Assembly: GCA_020853155.1 (NCBI GenBank)
Contig: JADYZL010000400.1
Coordinates: 1-32,608 of the forward strand
DNA: 32,608 nucleotides
Direction: 5' to 3'
Source of the DNA: Bryobacterales bacterium
GTDB lineage: Bacteria > Acidobacteriota > Terriglobia > Bryobacterales > Bryobacteraceae
Each line of letters begins with the position of its first letter. The stretch's first letter is position 1. The position numbers were made by a program, and so were the translations under genes. This document shows positions 23,001-32,543 of the stretch, piece by piece. Under the pieces are notes generated by a model. The model was not told the origin of the DNA and did no database searches. It was given only the letters and a program-made list of their open reading frames with translations.

Positions 23001-25097
23001 CTACTCCTCTTCCTCCTCCGCTCCTGTGCGGGCGGCCTTCGCCTTGGCGATGACCTTTTCGGCCTCGATTTGCGGCATGAAGTCGTAGTGGTCGAACTCC
23101 ATCGTGAAGGTCGCGCGGCCCTGCGTGATGGAGGTGAGCGCGTTCTGGTAGCTCAGCATCTCCGACATCGGCACGGACGCGTTGATCGTCTGCGTGTTGC
23201 CCTTGATGTCCATCCCCGCCACACGGCCCCGGCGGCTGTTCAGGTCGCCCATGATGTCGCCTGCGTACTCTTGCGGCGCATCGATCCGCACGGCCATGAT
23301 CGGTTCAAGGAGAGCCGGTTTCGCGGTGGCCATCGCCGCCTTGAACGCCTTCCTCCCCGCCAGCTTGAACGCCATTTCCGACGAATCGACGTCGTGGTAG
23401 CTGCCGTCGTAGAGGGTCACCTTGAAGTCCACCATCGGGAAGCCGGCCAGGTACCCCTGAGAAGCCGCTTCCAGCACGCCCTTTTCCACGGCCGGGATGT
23501 ACGTCTTGGGAATGGATCCGCCGAAAATCGCATTCACGAACTCGAATTCCTTGCCCCGTTCGAGCGGCTCCATCTTGATCTTGCAATCGCCGAACTGGCC
23601 GTGCCCACCGGTCTGCTTCTTGTGCCGCCCCTGTACGTCGGCGAAGCCTCGGATGGTTTCCCGGTACGGCACTTGCGGTTCCTTCAAGTTGAGGTTCACG
23701 CCGTAGCGGCGCGCGAGTTTGCTCACCACGATCTCCACGTGCTGCTGGCCGGAGCCCGCCAGCAGAAACTGCTGCGTGTGTGGATCGCGGTAAAAGCGCA
23801 GGCAGGGGTCTTCTTCGAGAATGCGCGCGATGGCGTTGCCCATCCGGTCTTCATCCTGCCGCGATACGGCTTCGATTGCGAAGGCGATCTGTGGCTCCGG
23901 CAGCTTCACCGCGGGATAAATCACCCCTGCGTTCTTTTCGCTCAACGTGTGGCCGGTAAGTGTATCTTTCAACTTCGAAACCGCGCCGATATCTCCGGCG
24001 TGCAACTCGGGCACTTCGCTGAGCGTCTTGCCGGTGAGCGAGCTCAAGTGGCTGAAGCGCTCGTCGGCGGAAGTTTCCTGGTTGAACAGATGTTGGTCGT
24101 TCTTGATGACCCCGCTCATCACCTTGAAGCAGGAAATACGCCCCGCGAACACGTCGGCCAGGGTCTTGAAGACAAACACAGCGGGCGGCTGCGCATCGCT
24201 CATGGCGCGCTCGCCCTCCACGCACTGAACGGTCATCTTGAGCGCCGGCCGCTGCGCCGGCGACGGCATGTATTCCCCCAGGATGCTCAAAACTTCGCTC
24301 GTGCCGATGTTCTGGTAGGCGGAGCCGCACAGCACGGGGAATAGCTTGCGCGCGTGGACTGCTTCCCGCAGCCCCGTCGTCAGGTTCTCCGCGCATACCG
24401 TGCCCGCCGCGAAGAACTCTTCCATCAGCTCTTCGTCGCCTTCGGCCACCATCTCTACGATGCCTTCGTGCAACTCCTCCGCGCGCGCCAGCAACTCCGC
24501 CGGAATCTCGCCCATCTTCCCGATGCCCTTGCCGTTGGGCTCGAAAAGATACGCTCTCATGCAGATGAGATCGATCACGCCGCGAAAATCCTTCTCGCTC
24601 CCGATCGGCATCTGCACCGCGACGGCTTCGCGTCCGAACACTTCGTGAAGCTGCTCCAGACGCTCGTCGAAGTTCGCGCGCTCCTTATCGAGCTTGTTCA
24701 CCAGGATGGCCGTGGGCAGGTCGAACTCCCCGGCGTATCCCATGAACTTCTCCGTCTGGGATTGCACCCCGTCCACGCCGTCCACAACCAGCAGAGCGCA
24801 ATCCGCCGCCGCCATCGCACTCTTGGCGTCGGCGTTGAACAGCGGAAAGCCCGGTGTATCGAGCAGATTGAACTTGTGGTTGTTGTACTCGACGGCGGCA
24901 AGGCCGGTTGAGATTGAGATCTTCCTCTGGATCTCCTCCTCATCGTAATCGGTGAGGGTGTTCCCTTCTTCTACCCGCGTGAGCCGGTTCGTGACGCCCG
25001 TCCCATAGAGAATTCCCGCCGTGAGGGTCGTCTTTCCACTGTTCGAGTGGCCGAGTAAGGCTACATTGCGGATGTGCTGGCTGTCGTAGACTTTCAC
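23001..25097 (-). CDS. elongation factor G paralog (EF-G-2 type)
   Basis: ORF 23001..25106 (the codon at 25106 is TTG, 1 nt from the SD). The GTG at 25097 lies 10 nt after AAGGGAG. G1 GHSNSGKT, G3 DTPG, G4 NKLD, plus domains II-V (KKQTGGHGQFGD, SYHDVDSSEMAF). The N-terminus resembles my recollection of Thermus EF-G-2 (VALVGHAGSGKTTLTEALLY...RVEEGTTTTDY) rather than canonical AHIDAGKT. It is not in an rpsL-rpsG-fusA-tuf context. Confidence 0.88.
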   Translation of the reverse strand: MKVYDSQHIRNVALLGHSNSGKTTLTAGILYGTGVTNRLTRVEEGNTLTDYDEEEIQRKISISTGLAAVEYNNHKFNLLDTPGFPLFNADAKSAMAAADCALLVVDGVDGVQSQTEKFMGYAGEFDLPTAILVNKLDKERANFDERLEQLHEVFGREAVAVQMPIGSEKDFRGVIDLICMRAYLFEPNGKGIGKMGEIPAELLARAEELHEGIVEMVAEGDEELMEEFFAAGTVCAENLTTGLREAVHARKLFPVLCGSAYQNIGTSEVLSILGEYMPSPAQRPALKMTVQCVEGERAMSDAQPPAVFVFKTLADVFAGRISCFKVMSGVIKNDQHLFNQETSADERFSHLSSLTGKTLSEVPELHAGDIGAVSKLKDTLTGHTLSEKNAGVIYPAVKLPEPQIAFAIEAVSRQDEDRMGNAIARILEEDPCLRFYRDPHTQQFLLAGSGQQHVEIVVSKLARRYGVNLNLKEPQVPYRETIRGFADVQGRHKKQTGGHGQFGDCKIKMEPLERGKEFEFVNAIFGGSIPKTYIPAVEKGVLEAASQGYLAGFPMVDFKVTLYDGSYHDVDSSEMAFKLAGRKAFKAAMATAKPALLEPIMAVRIDAPQEYAGDIMGDLNSRRGRVAGMDIKGNTQTINASVPMSEMLSYQNALTSITQGRATFTMEFDHYDFMPQIEAEKVIAKAKAARTGAEEEEE

Positions 25098-25347
25098 AGA
25101 TTGCAAACTCCCTTATGCGTATTCGGATGATTGTGTCAGATTTCCAAGTTGCGATCCTAACATAGTCGTAACGCACTTGCGGCTCAGGGCACAAGTGTGT
25201 TCCACTTCCTTCGCGCAGCACGCTTCCGGCATACCTTTCCGCCGCTTTCGACCGCGGTCTTGCGAGGACGTAGCGGCGGCGGGAACTTCCATTCCCAGTC
25301 ACGGATGGCCACTCTCCGGCCATAGTATCCTAAGGTAGTTCGAGCTT

Positions 25348-26535
25348 ATGCTCATGGAGCCCTCCAGCGCAATTCCCATGCCCCAAGATCCGGCAAGAAA
25401 TCCCCTGCGCGTCCTCCAAGTGGCTTCCATGCTTCGTTCCGGGGGGGTGGAGCGCTGGTTGACGGACCTGTGTCCCGCCGGCAAGGCGGAGAACGTTTCG
25501 ATGGATATCGCCGTCGTCCATTCCGGCGATGGGCTCTTCGACCGCCGCGCGCGCGAACTGGGGATTCAGGTGCACCATTGCGCCGGATCTGACAACCCAT
25601 TGCGCTTCCTGATCAATCTCAGAAGGATTCTGCGCGACTTCGGGCCGTTTGACGCGATTCACAGCCACCTTCATGCCTATAGTGGATTTGTCGTGCTGGG
25701 CGCGTGGCTCGCGGGAGTGCCCGTGCGAGTGGTCCATTCCCACAACGTCGTCGCCAATGATTCCAAACCGCTGCCGCGGCGCCTCTATATCGGATTGGCG
25801 AGAACGTTGATCCGCCTCTTCGCAACCGCGGGCATGGGTCCCTCGATTGCATCCACGGAGGATCTGCTTGGCAAGTCCTGGCGCAAGGATCCCCGTTGGC
25901 GCGTGATGCGGTGCGGCATTAACCTCGAACCTTTCAAGAAGCCGGTCCCCGCCAACGTGGATAAGGCCGCGTTCGGAATCCCAGAAAATTCGCTGGTCTT
26001 AGGCAGCATCGGACGATTATGCGCGGAGAAGAATTCGGAGTTCCTCATCGATGTGCTCGGGGAGGCGCTGGCCGTCAATCCGCGGACGTACTTGGTGATG
26101 ATCGGCGAGGGGCCGCTGCGAACGGCACTCGAAGAGAAGGCGCGCGCGATGGGAATCGGTGATCATTTGAAACTGGCCGGAACCCGGTCTGACATCGCGG
26201 ATTTGCTGAGGGGGGTATTCGATGTGTTCGTCTTCCCCTCGCCGCCTCCGCCGAGGGGGAACGAAGCACTGCCCATCGCGGTGGTCGAGGCGCAAGCCGC
26301 CGGCGTCCCCGCAGTGATCGGCGACGGCGTCACCACGGAGGCGATTGTGACGCCCCGGCTGGTGGCGCAGGTCTCCGCCGATGCGGGGCCGCGGATGTGG
26401 GCGGATGCCGCCATCGCTCAATCGAAACTGGTTAGCGCGGAGAATCGGCGGCTGGCGCTCGCGGAGTTGGAGAATTCGGAGTTCAATTGCGTCCAGAATG
26501 TGAAGCTTCTGGCCCAGATCTACCGGAATCGCTGA
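25348..26535 (+). CDS. glycosyltransferase family 4 (GT-B fold)
   Basis: 395 aa. LRVLQVASMLRSGGVERW N-terminus and C-terminal EALPIAVVEAQAAGVPAV (E-x7-E region). Start uncertain (25348, 25354 or 25378). Confidence 0.85.
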   Translation: MLMEPSSAIPMPQDPARNPLRVLQVASMLRSGGVERWLTDLCPAGKAENVSMDIAVVHSGDGLFDRRARELGIQVHHCAGSDNPLRFLINLRRILRDFGPFDAIHSHLHAYSGFVVLGAWLAGVPVRVVHSHNVVANDSKPLPRRLYIGLARTLIRLFATAGMGPSIASTEDLLGKSWRKDPRWRVMRCGINLEPFKKPVPANVDKAAFGIPENSLVLGSIGRLCAEKNSEFLIDVLGEALAVNPRTYLVMIGEGPLRTALEEKARAMGIGDHLKLAGTRSDIADLLRGVFDVFVFPSPPPPRGNEALPIAVVEAQAAGVPAVIGDGVTTEAIVTPRLVAQVSADAGPRMWADAAIAQSKLVSAENRRLALAELENSEFNCVQNVKLLAQIYRNR

Positions 26536-26542
26536 TCCTTTC

Positions 26543-26558
26543 GAGGAGCCGGCTCCTC
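26543..26558 (+). terminator. weak terminator-like palindrome after the GT4 gene
   Basis: GAGGAGCC|GGCTCCTC is a perfect 16-bp palindrome 8 nt after the stop, followed only by TT. Confidence 0.3.
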
Positions 26559-26677
26559 TTCCCAACCGAGGCATCGGGCAATTCCCTTTACCGCCGTGCG
26601 CGTCCAAATCCCGCGAATCCTCCACATGCGCGAAACTGAAGGAGGGTAGCCCGCTCGACGGCGGCCCCGTACTCTCC

Positions 26678-27445
26678 ATGACAACTGCTGAACTCCAAGA
26701 AAAAATCGCGGAAATTGGGCCGTGGTTTTATTCCTTTTCCTTGCCCGGCGGCGTTTCCACGGAATCGAAAATCCCGCTCGAAGTCCAGGCCATTTTTGAG
26801 ACGCGCCGGCGGATGATGGAATCCGCGCTGCGGGAGCACTTTGGGCCAAGGCTCTCCACCGCGCGGGCGGTGGACGTCGGATGCCACGAAGGGTACTACG
26901 CCCTTGCGCTGCGAAACATGGGGGTCGCCGAGGTGCTCGGCATCGATTACCGCGAAGAGAACCTGCGCCGCGCGCGCTTCGTCGCCGAGCAGCAGCAGGT
27001 TTCCGCGCTTCGCTATTTGCAGGCCGATGTGGAGGAGTTGAATCCGGCTTCGCTTGGCACGTTCGATCTCACGCTCTGTTTCGGTCTGCTTTACCATCTG
27101 GAGAATCCCATGCGCGTCCTGCGCCGCCTCCACGCGCTCACCGGGGAAATGCTGCTCCTCGAAACGCAGGTGGTGGCGGAAGTGGAAGGCGCGGCCGAGT
27201 GGGGTAGCCGCGAATGGACCCGGCCGTTCCAAGGCATCCTGGCCGTGATCGATGAGACGGGCGAGTACGCGCAGGGCAATCAGGAAACGGGCTCCACCCC
27301 GGTGGTCACTTGCCCATCTCCCAAGGCGCTGCGTTTTCTGTTGCACGCGGCGGGCTTCCGCGATGTGACGTTTCTTGATCCGCCCCTCGGTGCGTATGAG
27401 CAGTTGGAGCGCCGCCAGCGCGTGATCGTGAAAGCGCTGCGCTAG
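26678..27445 (+). CDS. class I SAM-dependent methyltransferase (DUF1698/CmoB-like architecture)
   Basis: 255 aa. N-terminal GPWFYSFSLPGGVST module, then motif I AVDVGCHEGYYAL and FDLTLCFGLLYHLENPMRVLRRL. Confidence 0.8.
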   Translation: MTTAELQEKIAEIGPWFYSFSLPGGVSTESKIPLEVQAIFETRRRMMESALREHFGPRLSTARAVDVGCHEGYYALALRNMGVAEVLGIDYREENLRRARFVAEQQQVSALRYLQADVEELNPASLGTFDLTLCFGLLYHLENPMRVLRRLHALTGEMLLLETQVVAEVEGAAEWGSREWTRPFQGILAVIDETGEYAQGNQETGSTPVVTCPSPKALRFLLHAAGFRDVTFLDPPLGAYEQLERRQRVIVKALR

Positions 27446-27544
27446 ACGCCGGAATCTCTCCGGGGCCGCCGGGAGCCGCGAACGCGAGTCGAATCCATGC
27501 ACCTCCGTATGCATCGCAAGGCAGCCTTTCCCAAAGGAATCCGC

Positions 27545-29197
27545 ATGCCCTGGCTGCTTCTTCGTCTTCCCGCGGCATCGATCCTGCTTCTGTGGATGCT
27601 CTGGCCCGCGGCAACCGCCGCGCAAAGCGTCTGCCCCCCAGCCGCGGAAGCGTCGGCCTGCATCCAGGCCGCGCTGGACCGTTTATCGCCGGGCGAGGCG
27701 CTGCGCCTTGAAGCCGGGGATTACGGCATCGACAAACCCTTGCAGTTCACCCGCGCAGGCATCTCCCTCGAAGGCGTGGGCGACGCCACGCGGCTCTATC
27801 GCGTAGCCGAGGTGGCAGGCGGCGAAGGCAGCCTCAACCTCCGTGGAACCCGCCAGGCGCTTCGGCATTTCCGCTTCGATGGCGGCATCACCGAACCACG
27901 CCGCATTCCCTACGTTGATCCTCGGGGCGGTCCCTCCGTTTTCGGCGCGCCCATTTACGGAGACCCGATGCACGCCGATCTTCTGGCCAACACCTCCATC
28001 ACCATCCACCGCGAGGCAAGCGGCGTGCTCATGGAGGGCGTCACGATCGAACACACCGGCGGGTACGCCATTCTCGTGGACGCCCGCTACGGAGACATCC
28101 GCGACGTCACCATCCGCAAATGCACGCTCCGCAACAACCGTCCGCATCTCTTCGGCGCGCCGGCTGGCGCGGCGCATCCGGCCGATATCCGCTACGGTGC
28201 ATGGACGGGCGGCATCCACTACCAGAACGACGGCCGGGACCTCGATTTCGCCCGCTTCGCCTTGCGTGGCCTGCTAATCGAAGACTGCGACTTCGAACGC
28301 ATCGACGGACATGCGATCTGGGGCCACGGCTACGGTTTTCAAACGCTCAACGAAGACATCACCGTGCGGGGGAATCGCTTTGAAGACATCGGTCTCGATG
28401 CGGTGCAAATCGGCAATACGCGACGCGCGCTCGTGGCCGCGAACCGGATGCACCGGATCGGCTACATCACAGAGACAGACCGGGATTCGCCCCGCCCCGC
28501 CTGGTATCCGGGAATCCGTGAAGGCATGGCGGACAACATCTCGCCCGTCGGTATCGATTCCACCGGGCTCGTGATCGATTCGGTCTACCGGGATAACACC
28601 CTCGTCAGCGTGAATGGCACGGCCATCGACCTCGACGGTTTCACCGAAGGGGCAGTGCTCCGCAATGCGATCCGCATTCCCGGCCGGGCGGACGCCTACC
28701 ACATGGTGCTGGACCGCGTGGCGGAGTTCGGCCCTTACACTGGCGGCGATGGCGCCCACGCGCCGGGCAATCTCACCAAGGGCATCAATCTCAGCAACAG
28801 CTCCGCGAATGTCCCCACGCGCCACGTCCGCATTGCGGAGAACCGCCTCTTCAATCTGGGCGGTTACGCGATGCTCCTCATGGATAGCCGGGAGTCCATC
28901 GTCGAGCGTAACGAGATCCGCCATTCGAGCATCGTGAACGGGCCCATCGTGCTCGCGAACACCTTGCGTGAGCCCAGAGCGCAGCATAGTTCCTCGAACA
29001 ACATCGTCCGCGACAATCGCATCTACTTCCCCTGGGACGCCAGTTGCATCACGGAAGGGGACAATATCGGCGCGGGCGATCGTCCGGTAGCGGGTCCGAA
29101 TTACGTCTACGGCAACACCTGCAACGGAAAGTTCGGCGAACTGGCGGTGGGCCGCGAGAGCCACACCTTGAACGGGCCACCCCCCGCGAAGCCGTAG
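27545..29197 (+). CDS. secreted right-handed parallel beta-helix repeat protein (pectate-lyase fold)
   Basis: ORF 27497..29197. The ATG at 27545 opens the signal peptide MPWLLLRLPAASILLLWMLWPAATAAQS. There are repeated ~22-aa turns of the type V.I..C.F.....HAIWG / ITVRGNRFEDIG / VRIAENRLFNLGG / IVERNEIRH. Confidence 0.75.
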   Translation: MPWLLLRLPAASILLLWMLWPAATAAQSVCPPAAEASACIQAALDRLSPGEALRLEAGDYGIDKPLQFTRAGISLEGVGDATRLYRVAEVAGGEGSLNLRGTRQALRHFRFDGGITEPRRIPYVDPRGGPSVFGAPIYGDPMHADLLANTSITIHREASGVLMEGVTIEHTGGYAILVDARYGDIRDVTIRKCTLRNNRPHLFGAPAGAAHPADIRYGAWTGGIHYQNDGRDLDFARFALRGLLIEDCDFERIDGHAIWGHGYGFQTLNEDITVRGNRFEDIGLDAVQIGNTRRALVAANRMHRIGYITETDRDSPRPAWYPGIREGMADNISPVGIDSTGLVIDSVYRDNTLVSVNGTAIDLDGFTEGAVLRNAIRIPGRADAYHMVLDRVAEFGPYTGGDGAHAPGNLTKGINLSNSSANVPTRHVRIAENRLFNLGGYAMLLMDSRESIVERNEIRHSSIVNGPIVLANTLREPRAQHSSSNNIVRDNRIYFPWDASCITEGDNIGAGDRPVAGPNYVYGNTCNGKFGELAVGRESHTLNGPPPAKP

Positions 29198-29300
29198 CAA
29201 CCAGCATCCGCAATCCGCACTCTCCGCGTGCGTGCATGTTCCATGGTTAGACTAACTATGTGCTCTCGCGCTTCAACCGCGGCAGCGCTCCTGTCTTGCC

Positions 29301-30248
29301 ATGTCTATTTCGAAAGAAGCTCTACGCGTCCTTGACTACTTCTCCAAGCGCAGAACCGTGCCGCTTGACGATCTGACGGTGGAGGAGGCGCGCGCGCAAT
29401 CGAGCGAGACCGCGAAGCTGAATGGAGAGCCGCAACCGGTAGCCCGCTGGGAAGATCGTACCGTGCCCGGCCCGGCGGGCGAGATCCTCGTCCGGATCTA
29501 TTGGCCGCGCCCGCTTCGCGAGGAGGAGCGGATCCCGGTCACCCTGTTCCTCCACGGTGGAGGGTGGGTGCTGGGCAACGTCTCCACGTACGACACTCAT
29601 TGCCGCCGCCTCACGAACGCCGCCCAGTGCATTGTGGTCTTCGTCGAGTATCGCCTCGCGCCGGAGCACCCGTTTCCCGCCGCCGTGGATGATGCCTACG
29701 CTGTGCTCCGTTGGCTCAAGGAGAATGCGCCCCATCTTGGCGGAGACCGGCGCAAGATCGCGGTGGCGGGCGATAGCGCGGGCGGTAACTTAGGCGCGGT
29801 GCTCTGCCTCAAATCCCGCGACCTCAACGGACCGCCTATCTGCGCCCAAGCCCTCATTTACCCGGTAACGGACCATTGGGATGCCGGCTTCCTCAGCTAC
29901 AGTGAGAACGCGGAAAACTACGGCCTCACCCGCGACATGATGAAGTGGTTCTGGGCGCGCTACCTGGGCACAGAGGGAGACCGCCGTCATCCGTATGCGG
30001 CGCCGCTCCGTGCCGGCTTCGTCGCGAACCTGCCACCCACCCTGGTGATCACCGCCGGCTACGATCCCCTGCGCGATGAGGCCCTCGCCTATGCGGACCG
30101 CCTCGAAGAAGCGGGCAACATCGTCCAGCGTAAGCACTACGAAGGCCAGATCCACGGCTTTTTCGGCTATTCCACCATGACGCCGGATGCCGATGACGCC
30201 ATGCAAACCGTGGCGGCGTTTCTTAACCGGGTATGGAAGGTGCTCTAG
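29301..30248 (+). CDS. alpha/beta hydrolase fold-3 esterase/lipase (hormone-sensitive lipase family)
   Basis: 315 aa. Oxyanion-hole motif LHGGGW, nucleophile elbow GDSAGGN and C-terminal DPLRDE...HGF catalytic Asp/His context. Confidence 0.85.
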   Translation: MSISKEALRVLDYFSKRRTVPLDDLTVEEARAQSSETAKLNGEPQPVARWEDRTVPGPAGEILVRIYWPRPLREEERIPVTLFLHGGGWVLGNVSTYDTHCRRLTNAAQCIVVFVEYRLAPEHPFPAAVDDAYAVLRWLKENAPHLGGDRRKIAVAGDSAGGNLGAVLCLKSRDLNGPPICAQALIYPVTDHWDAGFLSYSENAENYGLTRDMMKWFWARYLGTEGDRRHPYAAPLRAGFVANLPPTLVITAGYDPLRDEALAYADRLEEAGNIVQRKHYEGQIHGFFGYSTMTPDADDAMQTVAAFLNRVWKVL

Positions 30249-30311
30249 AGGATTCTGCCGCGCCGCGGCCATGGGCGCGCCGGCTTGAAAGGGAAGGGAG
30301 TTGAGGAGCAA

Positions 30312-31424
30312 ATGCTGTTGCTGGAAGGCCGCGTGCAGCACTACGAATGGGGTGGCTATGCGTTCATCCCCGCGCTCTTGGGGCGTAGGGGCAAGGCGCG
30401 CAAACCGCATGCGGAATACTGGCTGGGTTCCCATCCGAACGGCTCCGCCATCGCGCGCGGCGAGGGCGGGCGCGTGCCCCTCATTGAAATCGCTCCGGAC
30501 CTGCCCTATCTGCTCAAGGTGCTCGATGCCCGCCAGATGCTGAGCATTCAGACGCATCCGAACCGGGCGCAGGCCCGGCGCGGCTTCGCGGCGGAGAACG
30601 CAGCCGGCATTCCGCTCAATGCCCCCACCCGCAATTACAAGGACGCGAATCATAAGCCGGAGGTCCACGTCGCGCTCACGCCCTTCTGGATGCTAAACGG
30701 CTTTCGGCCATGGCCGCAAATCGTGGAGATTCTCGACGCGGTTCCGGAATTCCGCCCGCTGCGGAGTGCGAAGTCGTTGCGGGCGCTCGTGCGCCGGATT
30801 CTCACCCTTCCGGAACCCACCCGCATTCTGGAGCCCCTGCTCGCGCGGCTGCGGAGCGAAGGCGCCGTCTCCCGGCAAGACCCCGGCTATTGGGTGCTCC
30901 GCGCCGCGGAAACCTTCCCAAGCGCCGCCCAGGACCGGGGAATATTCTTTCTCTATCTGCTCAATCTGGTTGCGCTTCAGCCCGGCCAGGGGACCTACCA
31001 GCCGGCGGGCGTGCTGCATGCCTATCTCGAAGGCAGCACCGTTGAGCTGATGGCCAACTCCGACAACGTCCTCCGCGCCGGGCTCACCTCGAAGCACGTG
31101 GATACCCGCGAATTGCTCCGCACCATTTCCTACGCCGGTGAAGCGCCCCCTATCCTCAAGGGCGAACCCGCCGGCCGCGGCATTCGTGTCTACCGCACGC
31201 CGTCCACGGAGTTCGAGCTCACCCGCATCCACCTCTCCGTCGCGTCCACACGCCGCCGCGTGGCTCTGGGGCCGGTAATCCTGCTGCTCACGGAGGGCGA
31301 AGCACGCATCGGCGGCATCCCCCTGCATCGCGGCCAGGCGGTCTTCGCGCGCGATGAGGCGTACGCCATTGAGGCCGGGCCGTCGAAGGTGGAGATCTTT
31401 CAGGCGAGCGTCCCCGCGCGTTGA
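30312..31424 (+). CDS. manA: mannose-6-phosphate isomerase, class I
   Basis: ORF 30285..31424 (the codon at 30285 is TTG); the ATG at 30312 follows GAGGAG. YEWGG, LSIQTHPN, NYKDANHKPE, GVLHAYLEG and SDNVLRAGLT motifs. Confidence 0.85.
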   Translation: MLLLEGRVQHYEWGGYAFIPALLGRRGKARKPHAEYWLGSHPNGSAIARGEGGRVPLIEIAPDLPYLLKVLDARQMLSIQTHPNRAQARRGFAAENAAGIPLNAPTRNYKDANHKPEVHVALTPFWMLNGFRPWPQIVEILDAVPEFRPLRSAKSLRALVRRILTLPEPTRILEPLLARLRSEGAVSRQDPGYWVLRAAETFPSAAQDRGIFFLYLLNLVALQPGQGTYQPAGVLHAYLEGSTVELMANSDNVLRAGLTSKHVDTRELLRTISYAGEAPPILKGEPAGRGIRVYRTPSTEFELTRIHLSVASTRRRVALGPVILLLTEGEARIGGIPLHRGQAVFARDEAYAIEAGPSKVEIFQASVPAR

Positions 31425-31454
31425 TCGCGGGCAGACCCCCTCCCGCCAGGCCTG

Positions 31455-32387
31455 CTACCCCAGCGGCTCACCCTGCACGGCCTTCTTCAGCGAATCCGCC
31501 TCAATGTAGATTTGCTTGATGTCGGGGTGCGCGCCGCGGATGCCCAATTCGATCCGGTCGATCGTCGCTTCCGCCTGCTGGGGCGTCAGGCCCGCCTTGA
31601 ACTCCACGTTTAGCACAAGCAACGCATGATGCGGGCCGAAATACATCGTCAGCGGGCGATCCATCGCCACGATATTTTCATCGGCCGCGATCAGCGCGCG
31701 AATGCTTGTCAGCATCTTCGGGTTGGCGCCCTCCCCCACCAACAGGCCCTTGGTTTCCACCACCAGAAATCCTGCCACCACGGTGAGAATCACCCCGATC
31801 AGGATGGAAGCGAAGCCATCCGCCCAGGTCCAGCCGAACGTGGAGCCAAGGTAAACCCCGATGAACGCCACCACGATCCCGGCCAGTGCGGCGCTATCTT
31901 CGAATAGTACGGTGATTACGGTTGGGTCTTTACTCTCCCGCACTGCTTGCCAGATACTCATATCACCGCGAATTTGATTGAGCTCCTTGAGCGCCAGCAC
32001 CAGAGCGACGCACTCGAACACGGTGGCTACCCCCAGCACCAGGTAGTTCACCAGCGGGTTGCTGATCGGCTCCGGGTGTTGGAGATGTTTTACGCCCTCG
32101 TAGATGGAGATTCCGCCCCCGAGGGCGAAAATCAGGATGGCGACGACCAGGCTCCAGAAATAGAGTTCCTTGCCGTAGCCAAACGGATGGTGGTCGTCCG
32201 CCGGACGGTTGCTCCGGTTGACGCCGTAGAGCAATAGGATGCCGTTGCCGGAATCGACGGCGGAATGGATTCCTTCGGAAAGCATCGCCGAACTTCCCGT
32301 GAAGGCGGCGGCGACGAATTTCGCGGCGGCAATGCCGAGGTTTGCCGCAATCGCGGCGTAGATGACAGTCTTGGATCCGCTGGCCAT
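31455..32387 (-). CDS. cation diffusion facilitator (CDF) family divalent-metal efflux transporter
   Basis: ORF 31455..32453. The ATG at 32387 gives MASGSKTVIYAAIAANLGIAAAKFVAAAFTGSSAMLSEGIHSAVDSGN (CDF signature with the H/D site). Six TM helices and a C-terminal cytoplasmic domain. The start is uncertain. Confidence 0.88.
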   Translation of the reverse strand: MASGSKTVIYAAIAANLGIAAAKFVAAAFTGSSAMLSEGIHSAVDSGNGILLLYGVNRSNRPADDHHPFGYGKELYFWSLVVAILIFALGGGISIYEGVKHLQHPEPISNPLVNYLVLGVATVFECVALVLALKELNQIRGDMSIWQAVRESKDPTVITVLFEDSAALAGIVVAFIGVYLGSTFGWTWADGFASILIGVILTVVAGFLVVETKGLLVGEGANPKMLTSIRALIAADENIVAMDRPLTMYFGPHHALLVLNVEFKAGLTPQQAEATIDRIELGIRGAHPDIKQIYIEADSLKKAVQGEPLG

Positions 32388-32543
32388 ACTGGGAAAGACG
32401 ATGACTTGCGGAAAAGGTATTTTTCCGGCAAGGCCGAGTTTGCAGCGTAACACAGCCAGGGCGGCGGAGAAACCGCCGAAGCGATTGGACCGCCCCGAGC
32501 GGGAAACGCTCCGGATGGCGCTTTAGTAGCTAGGAGAATTGCG

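Noticed and set aside
23070-24344. 424-aa plus-strand ORF opposite the EF-G paralog
   Set aside because: Shadow ORF. His/Arg-rich with no recognisable domain.
26588-30668. Minus-strand ORFs 26588-27625 (345 aa), 28274-29200 (308 aa) and 29790-30668 (292 aa)
   Set aside because: They lie antisense to the well-supported methyltransferase, beta-helix, esterase and manA genes. Their composition is typical of shadow frames.
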